Of a stretch of 64,000 nt of DNA, positions 39,250 to 50,714 are shown piece by piece (the first letter of the stretch is position 1; each line of letters opens with the position of its first letter). The stretch is from Felis catus. Its lineage: Eukaryota. The DNA lies in assembly GCF_018350175.1 (NCBI RefSeq), contig NC_058368.1, positions 94,304,001 to 94,368,000 on the forward strand, in the 5' to 3' direction. Under the pieces are notes generated by a model, which saw nothing but the letters and a program-made list of their open reading frames with translations, was not told the DNA's origin and ran no database searches. Position numbers and translations under genes: made by a program.

Positions 39250-40912
39250 CTTCCTCCCTCACTCTTTTTGATATTTTTCTGAAATATTGAATAGATGAAA
39301 CATAAATGTGCCTATTAAATATCCACAGGGTACAAGAAATGCTACTCTAATTGCTGTGTGTTCACTATCCTCTTTCAAGAAAAATTACCAGTATCCTTGA
39401 AGTCTTTCTGCACCTCTCCCATTCTATCCCGTTACCCCTGTACTTAGATAACCACCACCTTGAATTTTTAAAATCATTCTCCTATTTTTGTTTTACCACG
39501 TTTTTGCCCTCAAATAGTTCACTGGTTAGTTTTACGTGTTTTTGAGCTTTTAAAAAACAGAATCATAGTATTCGTATTCTTCTGTGACTTGAATTTTTTT
39601 TTTTAATTCAACATTTCTAACATCATTACTGGTGTTTGGTCATTCATTTTCATTGCTGTGTAGTATTCCGTGCAAGACTAAAACACAGTTTATTTCTACA
39701 TTTTGCACTGATGGACATTTTACTTTGTAACTGTTTTTGCTGTTACAAACAGTGCTGCTGCTCTAAACGTTCTTATAGATGTCTTTTTGAAACTCCTTAG
39801 GGTATAACTAGGAGTTGGGTCTGTTCATGTTCAACTTTACGAGGTAGTGCTGGTCTGTTTCCAGAAGTGGTTGTATCAGCTTACAGTTCTTTTAGCAGTA
39901 TTGGTGCTTTGTTGCTCCGTATTCTTGCCCACACTTCATATTGTTAGACATATTTATATACCTTCCCTGATAGCATAAGTACTTAATGTTGTCATTATAG
40001 GTTTAACTATAAGTTTTTTTTTTCCTTTTTCCCCTGTATGAAGTTGAATATCTTTCATAGTTTATTTACCATTTTAGTTTCCTTTTTTTGATGGTTTCCT
40101 AAGTCTTCTGTTTTGCTAAGTCATTTTTATGTTGAGATGTTTTTCTTATTGACATCTAAGTGTTTTTTATATATACTGGGTATTATTCCTTTGCCGTTTT
40201 TATGTATTGTGGCTATGTTCTTTGTGTTTGTAGCTCTCCTTTCTTTTTCTGGTGTCTTCTGAACATTAGGCATGCTTGCTTTTGATATCAAATATCAAAT
40301 TTGTCAGTCTTTTTTTTTTTTTTTTTTTCTTTCTTGTTACCCCCCCTCTTCCCTTCCCCGACCGGTCTTTTTCTTATGGTTAGCCTTAATTTGTGTCTTA
40401 CTTAAAAGTTCGGCACTATTACAAAGTCATATAGGTATTTTCTGATTACGTCTTCAAAGCTTTTGTAGCTTGAGCATTGACATTCATTTTTAACCAACCT
40501 GGGAGTGATTTTTTTTAGCATAATGTAAGAGGTCAAAGTTTATTATAATAAAACAATGAAAACAACAACTGACTCTGGCACAATTCATGGAAATGTCTTT
40601 CTCTGTTGATCTACAGTGCCTACTTCGTTTTAAATTAAATTACCTTATATTTGCGTGGGTGTGTTTAAGGTTCAGTTCCATTAGTCACTTTCCCTATTTC
40701 TGTACCAATATCATGTTATCTTAATTACTGTGGTTTTATAATAATTCTTACCTGCTCAGCAGGTCCTCTTAACAAATTATTGTGGTTTTATAATAATTCT
40801 TACCTGCTCAGCACGTCCTCTTAACATTCTACTTGAGAGTGTCTTGTCATTCTTGTTTTCTGATCTAATATATATGTTTTGGAATCAGATTCAGGTTTTC
40901 AAGTTTCCCTCA

Positions 40913-40947
<35 letters not shown>

Positions 40948-42370
40948 GGGATTTTCATTAGAATTACCTTGACCCTTTGGAGCATTTTGGAGATATAGAA
41001 CATCTTCTTAATGTTGAATCATTCATTCTGTAATCACTGTACATTTCTCCATTTATTTGGCTCCTTTTTAATTTTTTTCAGTAAAGTTTTATATTTTCTC
41101 CATAGTAGTCTTGCATGTTTTGTTTCATTTATTCCTACACACTGCATATTTTTTTGATGGTATTGTATGTGGTATCTTTTTTAATTATACTTTCCAACTG
41201 ATAGTTGGAGAAATTTAGAATTGCAATAGAATTTTATGTGCTGGCTATGTCTTGTTATATCTATTAGTTTCAACACTTTTGTGTAAGCTGTGTTAGATTT
41301 TCTACATGGAAAATCTTGTGGTCTTTGAATGACAGTTTTCTTTCTTTCAAATTCTTTTATTTTTCTTGTTTTTCTGATACTGATGACAGCTGGTATGGTG
41401 CTGAGTAGGAAAACCATTGTTAGTTATCTTGCTTCTGATCTTAAAAGAAAGACTGTAAACATTTTCTTCGTGACTATGTTTGCAAAAGGTGTTTGATAGG
41501 ATAGTCTTAATTAGAGGAAATTCTCTCTCTTTTTTTTTAATTTACTAAGAGTTTTCTTTTTAATTCAAGAGTTGATGTTATTTTATCAGATGCTTTTTCT
41601 TCACCCATTGAAATGACCTATTTTTTCTCCCTAAATCTGTTAATATAGAAAATTACATCAATATGTTTTCTAATATTAAATCAACCTTGCATCACCAGGA
41701 TAAACACGTTTATTTGGGTCATGTTATGTTAGTTTTTTTAAATATTAATTTTTGTATCTCTGGTCTTTAGTGAGATTGGCCTGCAGTGTTCATTTCTCAT
41801 ACATTCCTTGTCTCATTTTGTGTCATGTTAACCTCATAAAAATGAATTGAGGTTGTTAATTCTTTGTGCTCTGGAGAGTTGTGTTAAATTGGGATGATCT
41901 GTCTCTTGAATCATTGGTCAAACTTGGTGTCAAAGTCATCAGGGCTTGATTTATTTTTGGTAGAGATCTTTTAAATTACTGTTTATTCTCTTTATGATAA
42001 TAGGATTAATAAAGTTTTTCTATTTCTCCTTTGGAGTGTTTTACTACTTTTTTGAAGGCATTTTTTGCCACTTCATCTTAGATTTTTAAATTTATTGGCT
42101 TAAGATCTTCATCATACTAATTTATTATCTATTAAATTTCTGCAGCATCTGTAACTAGGTCTCCCTTTTGGATTATATATTGCTAGTGTATAGAAATACA
42201 GCTGATTTTTGAGTGTTAATTTTGTATCTTGAACTTTGGTAGATTTGTTTATTAACTTTAATAATTTTTTATGGATTCTTTTGAGTTTTGTAGACATATG
42301 ATAAGTCCATCACAGATGTCATCTGTGAATAGAAAATCTACTTCTTTCCAATTTGAACGCCTGTTTGTTA
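39250..42370 (-). mobile_element. Ancient degenerate L1 (L1MC/ME-type) fragments
   Basis: T-rich antisense L1 with ORF2-like remnants, e.g. ORF 42112..42297 (KKLLKLINK...QDTKL...QLYFYTLA). Confidence 0.7.
40723..40826 (+). repeat. 52-bp tandem duplication
   Basis: Copies at 40723-40774 and 40775-40826 differ at 2 positions. Confidence 0.95.
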
Positions 42371-43125
42371 TTTTTAAAAAACATTCTTTTGGGGTGCCTG
42401 GGTGGCTCGGTCAGTTGAACGTCCGACTTCGGCTCAGGTCACGATCTCGCGGTCCGTGAGTTCGAGCCCCGCGTCGGGCCGTGCTGACAGCTCGGAGCCT
42501 GGAGCCTGTTTCGGATTCTGTGTCTCCCTCTCTCTCTGCCCCTCCCCTGTTCATGCTCTGTCTCTCTCTGTCTCAAAAATAAATAAACCTTAAAAAAAAA
42601 AAACAAAAAAAACCCATTCTTTTAATATTTTTTGAAAAATTTATTTAAGTAATCTCTACACCCAATGTGGGGCTCAAACTCACGACCCCAAGATCAATAG
42701 TCACATGCTCTTCTGCCCCCCGTCGGGCTCTGTGCTGACAGCTCAGAGCCTGGAACCTGCTTCGGATTCTGTGTCTCCCTCTCTCTGCCCCTCCCCTGCT
42801 CATGCTCTGTCTCTCAGAAATGAATAAATGTTAAAAAAGAATTGTAAAAAGTCATATGCTCTTCTTACTGAGCCAGCCAGGCGCCCTAAAACATCCTTTT
42901 AGTTATTGATTATATTATCCAATTGCAATGTGGTTAAAGAATACAGTCTTTATAAAACCAATCCTTTGAAACATGATAATCATTCACTTGATTTTCTTTA
43001 TAGTTTTATTTTTATTACCTATATGCGTGTCACGAAATAAAATATTATTATTTAGTTTTGCAGTTTTTTGGAATTTATATTAGTGGAATGATTACATGTC
43101 ATTCTGGTATTTGCTTTCTTCCCCC

Positions 43126-43525
43126 TGCTATAGACTGAATTCTGTCCCCCCACCTCCCAAATTCATATATTGAAGCCCTAACCCCCAATTTGATGGTATT
43201 TGGTATTGGGGCTTTGGGAGATACTTAGGTCTAGATTAAGTCATGAGGTGGGGCCCTCGTGATACTAGTGCGCTTATAAGAGACCCTGGAGAGCTCGTTC
43301 CTGTTCTCTTTCCCTATCATGTGAGGCCCCTATGAAAAGAAACTGTCTTCAAGCCAGGAAGAGAGCACTCACCAGAAATCAACTATGCCAGCATTTTTTG
43401 TTTGTTTGTTTTAATGCTGGCACTTTGATCTTGAATCACTAGTTTCCACAATAGTGAAAAAATAAATTTCTGTTAAAGCCACTGAGTCTGTGGTATATTG
43501 TTATGGTAACCCGAGCTCAGATAAA
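43126..43525 (+). mobile_element. MaLR solo LTR (MLT1A-like)
   Basis: tgctatagactgaat...ccaaattcatatattgaagccctaacccccaat start and aataaatttctgtt...tgtggtatattgttatgg end. Confidence 0.85.
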
Positions 43526-44910
43526 GGGAAGGCCCTTTTCCACATTAAGTTTTTGACAATCCTTCATATAATGGGTATAATTTATTTCTTTACATTTTGC
43601 TTCTTGGGGCGCCTGGGGGTCTTTGTTGGTTAAGTGCCGACTTCAGCTCAGGTCATGATCTCATGGTTCCTGGGTCTGAGCCCCACGTCAGGCTCTGTGC
43701 TGACTGCTCGGAGCCTGGAGCCTGCTTCGGATTCTGTGTCTCCCTCTCTCTCTGCTCCCTGCCTGCTCGCACTCTGCCTTTCTGTCTCTCAAAAATAAAT
43801 AAACATTAAAAAAAATTTTTTTTAAATAAAAAAAGAAGTGTTCTTGTTACAGGATTCCATTGTGTGAACGTACCATAATTTATCCATTCTGGAATTGGTG
43901 GACATTTGGGTAATTTCAGGGTTTTTTTTTGGTCATTACAGTGCTTTGATGAACATCTACATGTCTTTTGCTACACAGGTTAAGAGTTTATTGTGTATAT
44001 GTAATTGCCAACACTGCTTTGTTTTTGATCTTCAAAAACAGTGATTTCATATGGTTTAGTATAGTATCTAGGAGTGGAAATGCTGGACTATAAAACTTTT
44101 CTCAAGTGATTATGCCATTTACCCTCCCACTTGGTGTGATGAGTTTCTTTGGTCCCACATTTGGTACTGACAGACTTTTATGCTTGGCTACTGTGGTGCA
44201 TGTGGAGTTATTTCCTTGTACTTTAATTTGTATTTCACTTTGTTACATTTTAACTTCTTTTCATTTATTTATGGACCATCATATTTCCTTTCCTGTGAAG
44301 TTCCTATTTGTGATTTTCCCCCGTTTTCTATTGCAGTGTTTGAGAGCTGGCTCTTTTTTACTGGGATGTGAATTGCTTGGTGAATTTAAAATCTTTTGAG
44401 CCAAATCTTGGTTTTAGGCTGTGCTTACATGACTAATATGGATGAATTCATCTCAGTTTGCATTTAAACAATTGGAAGCTCTAAACTACTGTGTTTTTCT
44501 TCCAATAAAATATAGATCAGGTGCATGAATTATTTATAATTTTCCCTCTCTGTTTCAGTTTACTCATTTGTAAAACAATGGGCTTTGACTGGTTAATACC
44601 TAGTATCCCTTTTACTAGTGTCTTTAATTCATCTAATATTTTTCTTCTTGGTTTTTGAAACTTAGAAATGTTAGTTTTATTATAGTACCAAACTGTAAAA
44701 TGTTGGTTTTGTTTTGTTTTTTCCTTTTTGTTTTTCATCAGAAAATGGTGGATTTTGTTTCTGTGAGATGTGATGTTAGCTCTCCAAGGACCGCTCCTTA
44801 AGTTAATGTCCCTGAGAGATACTACTGCCTTTTACTTTTTTTTTTTAATTCTTAAAATGCTGTTAAACCTAGAAATTTAATCCTAACATGTATGAATTAT
44901 TCTTTCTCAG

Positions 44911-45002
44911 AGTGAAGATACACAACAGCAAATCATCAGGGAGACATTCCATTTGGTATCTAAGAGAGATGAAAATGTTTGTAATTTCCTAGAAGGAGGA
45001 TT
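44911..45002 (+). CDS. AP3S1: AP3S1 coding exon 2 (92 nt, SEDTQQQIIRETFHLVSKRDENVCNFLEGGL)
   Basis: Acceptor ttctttctcag and donor GTAAGT; in frame with exon 1. Confidence 0.97.
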
Positions 45003-46873
45003 GTAAGTAAAGCATTTCATGAACATTTCTAATCTTTGGCTATATGATTAAAATATATGCTGTTTAATTGGTTAATGGTAAAAATTTCCTACTTTTTATG
45101 AATTGGATTAGGAGATTACCACCTATGTTAGCTGTAAATCTAACTTGGAATTTTTTGAAGATATGCAGTCTTTGTTGTTTTTTAAAAAAATTTTGTGGAG
45201 TCATTTTATATAAAGGTCATGGCAACAATTCACACGTTGCAGGGACATGTAAAATTATAAACTAAGTTTCCCTTTCCTGACTTTAGTCTTTCTCGATTTC
45301 TTGTGTATCCTTCTAGAAAATTAAGTTTTTTATGACTAACATATAAAAGTAAAATCTTATGGGATGCGTGGGTGGCTCAGTTGGTTAAGCATCCAGCTTC
45401 TGCTCAGGTCATGATCTTGTGGTCCGTGAATTTGAGCCCACTTTGGGCTCTGTGCTGACAGCTCAGAGCCTGGAGCCTGCTTTAGATTCTGTGTCTCCCT
45501 CTCTCTCTGCCCCTCCCCTGCTCGCACTCTGTCTCTCTCTCTCAAAAATAAAGAAACATTAAAAAACAAACAAAAAAAAAACCCCAAAACTTTTACTTAT
45601 GGGATCACACTAGGTATGCTTGTTTGCATGTTACTTGTTTTCACTTAATATTTTGAAAAGCATATAAGCACATTTAGAACAGTCTAGGTAAATGGACCTG
45701 TTCATAGAAATTTAGATTACATTCTTTATCTTATTATTGTAAACAAGCCTGAAGTCTGCTTTTTGCATATATATCAGTGTGAATGTATATGTATTTATAT
45801 ATAGGCATATGTATATAGATAGAATTCAGCTAATACAGTTTTCTGTTTTTTAAAATGAATAAATAAAAATCAGTTATAATTATCTTGCCAACTATTATAA
45901 ATACTTTTAAATTAATAGATTCCATGAAAGCAGTGTGTTCTCAAAATAGCTTTATAAATGTTCCCTCTAGTGTTTATATAATCAATTTCTTAATATTTCC
46001 TCATTGACAATTCAAACACTAAACTAGCTGAGCCCCATTATGAATAATCAGAGATTAGTCAGAGAAACCCACACTTTTCTGTATTTTAATGTGTATGATT
46101 TATATTATGAAAAAGAGTTTGGGTAATAAAAAATTTATTCTTTGTTGATCATAAATTATTTTTTAATCATGTAGAAAGTTTACTTGAATTTCTTAAAAGG
46201 GTATATCATGCTCCAGTTAAATTTTGCAAATACACATTTACAATTTATAAACTTATTTATCCCCCCCCCCCCCCCCGAGAGAGTGAGGGAGCTTGAGCAG
46301 GGGAGGGGTAGAGAGAGAGGGAGAGGGAGCATCCCAAGCAGGCTCTGTCTGTCATCGTAGAGCCCAGCATGGGACTGGATCCCAGGAGGCGTGAGACCAT
46401 GACCAGAGTCAAAATCAAGAGTCAGACACTCAACGTATCACTCAGCTTAACCAGCTGAGCTACCCAGCAGCCCCTCTCAGCTTCTTAATGTCACTCTTAA
46501 GAATCCATTTTAAGTAGCAAATCCATCAATATGGTATCCCCCTATTTTGAATCTCTTTGTAGTGTTTTCTACTCTGATCATTTTTTCTTATTTGTTTATT
46601 GTTTCTTACCCCCTCAGTACCTGGCAAATGGTAGGTACTCAGTAGATAGCTTAATGAATTAATGAACTAAAATTAAGCACCAGCTTCTTTTACTTATTAT
46701 CTCTGAAGAAAACAGCCACGATAATTTACTTAGTCTCCCAAGTTCACTTGAATGCTATGCCCAGACATTTTATAAAGGGTTTTAAACACATTGTCAGTTT
46801 GCTTGAGCTAATGAAAATGTGTTTCATTTTATCCCTATACCATTCCATTTTTTGGTTTTGTTTTGTCATTTAG

Positions 46874-46985
46874 GTTAATTGGAGGATCTGACAACAAACT
46901 GATTTATAGACATTATGCAACATTATACTTTGTCTTCTGTGTGGATTCTTCAGAAAGTGAACTTGGCATTTTAGATCTAATTCAA
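46874..46985 (+). CDS. AP3S1: AP3S1 coding exon 3 (112 nt, LIGGSDNKLIYRHYATLYFVFCVDSSESELGILDLIQ)
   Basis: Acceptor ttgtcatttag and donor GTAAGT; contains the adaptin-sigma motif YRHYATLYF. No later exons seen in the window. Confidence 0.97.
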
Positions 46986-47628
46986 GTAAGTTAACACTTA
47001 TTGTCTTAATACCATTTTTGGCATTTATATATTTTAAACCTTGTATGCTCTAAATTTTCTAAAATGATGTTCTGTTTGGTAAGAAATAAATTGTTGCATA
47101 GTAGATATTAGATGAGTGAAATGGGGACTAAGGTGCTAAAACACATGGGTAAACTTAATCAGATTAAGACTAATCAATTAATTTAATCATGCCCTTTTTT
47201 CTTGTTAACGTAAGTCATGCAAGAAGCCCACGATTCCGGATCTCTTACCATGTGTATCCAGATCTGATCCCCAAACCCACCCCTCCCTGCCTCCTGAAAA
47301 TCTTTCTTAATGTCCCTGGAACTCAGGGTCGGTCATAAGCACATTCCCCTGTATCTTCAACCTCTTTGTTAATGTTGCCTTCACTTTTTTCCTGTAATAA
47401 ATTACATCTGGCTTCCCTGCTGACACTACCTGTAACCATCTCAAGTAATAACAGTCCTGCTCTCTTCTCTTCATACTGCTGAGCCTGCTAGTGTTTTCTT
47501 TGCTTCTTGTTGCTTTTTCCAGACCATTCTCTTGTTTAAAATGCCTCCAGACTTTATTTCTTGTTTGTAAACTATACCACCTTCTCTGCCCATCCTGTTT
47601 GAGTAACCTCTCATCCCCACCTCCTATT

Positions 47629-48133
47629 TGTTGGGGATTTTATCAAAAACTTTCAAAGGTCTGAGATTCTACCCTACTTGCAAGCTAACAAGTTCACTAC
47701 CACAGTGTCGTGGATGCCGGCAGAGGACAGGAGACTTCTGGATTAGAAACAAAGGACTTATTCCAAACAGCACAAACAGTAGACATAGTAACAGCATTTG
47801 CTTACACTGGATCCCCACGCCAATCTCCAAAGTTGCCAAAGGGTGACGTTAAGAGAGCCAGATGATACCTGTACAAACAGTGGATTGAGTTATAGAAGAG
47901 GAACTGGAATCTTTTATACTGGACACTAATCATGTCGGCCCATGTCCTGAAGGAAAAGAATATCTTCCATGGATATAGATAAACCTACCTGTTGCTTTGG
48001 AGAGAAATACTCTCTATTTTCTGGGGCTGTTTTCTTACACAGGCTTGCTTAAAAAGATAGTCCGCAAAAATAGCAGTCTGTACCTCTGCTTATATTATAT
48101 GCAGAAATGACAGACCCATGGGGTCTCCTAAAA
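47629..48133 (-). mobile_element. Ancient ERV solo LTR (family not determined)
   Basis: Begins TGTTGG; ggtctgagattctaccctacttgcaagctaacaag motif typical of old eutherian LTRs; minus-strand TATA at about 47912. Confidence 0.65.
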
Positions 48134-48441
48134 ATTTTACTCTTAGCTCACTGGCAGTCACTGGTACTACTTGTGTTCTAATTCTTGGTGATTTCAGTAT
48201 TCAGTATTCATGTGGATAATTCTCCCAGTACCCTGGTGTCTTCAGACTAGTATTCCCTTTCATTGAACTTTTGCCCTCTGCTGCACCTGGTGTTCATTTC
48301 TAGACCTTGTTTTTATCCAAACTGCCATTCTCCATAATCTCCATTTCAGTTTCCCCTCTGTCTACCACCTTTCTCCATATCGCAGTTTCTATTAATGCAA
48401 TAATTCCTTGAGCCTGTTGGGACCTTCAGTCTTTTGAATCT

Positions 48442-48473
<32 letters not shown>

Positions 48474-48789
48474 GTCCATCTTCCTGATGTCTTATATTCC
48501 TTACCCCACTTCAATTCCATGGTCAGTCGTGATAAATCATAGTCTGGTATACACTTAGCTCCTTCTTTGTATCCAAATGTCTAATTGTACTTGTAGAAAA
48601 AAAACAAACATAGCCATTCCACAGGTCTCACTTTTTTTTTCGAGAAAGAACAGAATATGGGTATATTTTTTAGAAATACAGAGGTATATATATGAGAAGA
48701 AAGATCTAAAAGAGTAAAAAGTGGTTTATTCCCCACTGAAAGTACCCATCAGGTGCCTAGTACAATAAATTTCAGAATGGTGGATCCCT

Positions 48790-48941
48790 GGGGCACCTGG
48801 GTGTCTCCATCAGTTAAGTGTCTGTCTCTGGCTAGAGCATGATCTCACGGTTCATGAATTCCAGCCCTGCTTTGGGCTCTGTGCTGACAGCTTGGAGCCT
48901 GGAGCCTGCTTCGGATTCTGTCTCTCCCTCTCTCTTCTCCC

Positions 48942-48997
<56 letters not shown>

Positions 48998-49074
48998 CCC
49001 TTCCCCTGCTTGCACTCTGTGTCTCTCTCCCTCTCAAAAATAAATAAACATTAAAAAAAATTTTTTTTTTAAAA
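48790..49074 (+). mobile_element. Can-SINE
   Basis: Long (CT)n tract; flanked by AGAATGGTGG at 48775 and 49075. Confidence 0.9.
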
Positions 49075-49154
49075 GAATGGTGGCTCCTCACCTGTATCCC
49101 CACTGAAAGCAGAAGTCAGTGCTGGAGTGAGGGCTAGACCCCACAGCTGCTCTT

Positions 49155-50714
49155 ATTTTCATTTCATTTCATTTTTTAAATTTACATCCAAGTTAGTTAG
49201 CATATAGTGTGACAGTAATTTCAGGAGTAGATTCCTTAGTGCCCCTTACCCATTTAGCCCACCCTCCCTCTCCCACATCCCCTCCAGCAACACTCAGTTT
49301 GTTCTCGATATTTATGAGTCTCTTATGTGTTGTACCCCCTCCCTGTTTTTATATTATTTTGTTTCCCTTCCCTTACGTTCATCTGTTCTGTGTCTTAAAG
49401 TCCTCCTGAGCAAAGTCATATGATAATTGTCTTTCTCTGACTAATTTCACTTAGCCTAATACCCTCCAGTTCCATCCACGTAGTTGCAAGTGGCAAGACT
49501 TCATTCTTTTTGATCACTGAGTAATACTCCATTGTATCTATGTACCACATCTTCTTTCTCCATTCATCCATCAATGGACATTTGGGCTCTTTCCATACTT
49601 TGGCTATTGTTGATAGTGCTGCTATAAACATTGGGGTGCATGTGCCCCTTTGACACAGCATACCTGTATCCCTTGGATAAATACCTAGTAGTGCAATTGC
49701 TGGATTGTAGGGTAGTTCTAATTTTAATTTTTTGAGGAACCTCCATACTGTTTTCCATTGTGGCTTGCACCAGTTTGCATTCCCACCAGTAGTGCAAAAG
49801 GGTTCCACTTTGTCCACATCCTCATCAACATCTGTTGTTGCCTGAGTTGTTAATGGTAGCCATTCTGACAGATGTGAGGTGGTATCTCATTGTGGTTTTG
49901 ATTTCTGTTTCCCTGATGATGAGTGATGTTGAACATTTTTTATGTGTCGGTTGGCCATCTGGATGTTGTCTTCTTTGGAGAAGTGTCTATTCATGTCTTT
50001 TGCCCATTTCTTCGCTGGATTATTTGTTTTTTGGGTGTTGAGTTTGATGAGTTCTTTATAGATTTTGGATACTACTCATTTGTCTGATATGTCGTTTGCA
50101 AATATCTGTTCCCATTCCATCAGTTGCCTTTTAGTTTTGCTAATTGTTTCCTTCGTTGTGCAGAAGCTTTTTATTTTGGTGAGGTCCCAATAGTTCATGT
50201 TTGCTTTGGTTTCCCTTGCCTCTGGAGACATGTTGAGTAAGAAGTTGCTGCAGCCAAGATCAAAGAGGTTTTTGCCTGCTTTCTCCTTGAGGATTTTGAT
50301 GGCTTCCTGTCTTATATTTAGGTCTTTCATCCATTTTGACTTTATTTTTGTGCATGGTGTAAGAAAGTGGTCCAGGTTCATTTTTCTGCATCTTGCTGTC
50401 CAGTTTTCCCAGCATCACTTGCTAAAGTGACTGTCTTGATTCCATTGGATATTCTTTCCTGCTTTGTCAAAGATTAGTTGGCCATATGTTTGTGGGTCCA
50501 TTTCTGGGTTCTCTATTCTGCTCCACTGATCTGAGTGTCTGTTGTTGTGCCAGTACCATACTGTCTTGATGATTACAGTTTTGTAAGACATCTTGAATTC
50601 CGGGATTGTGATGCCTCCAGCTTTGTTTTTCTTTTTCAAGATTGCTTTGGCTATTCGGGGTCTTTTCTGGTTTCATACAAATTTTAGGATTGTTTGTTCT
50701 AGCTCTGTGAAGCT
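49155..50714 (-). mobile_element. 5'-truncated carnivore L1 (ORF2 C-terminus plus 3' UTR), frameshifted
   Basis: ORF-track fragments [11 protein letters not shown]...TVWYWH, LDHFLTP...KWMKDLN, YWWECKL and ELPYNPAIALLGIYP are L1 ORF2p C-terminal motifs. Confidence 0.95.
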
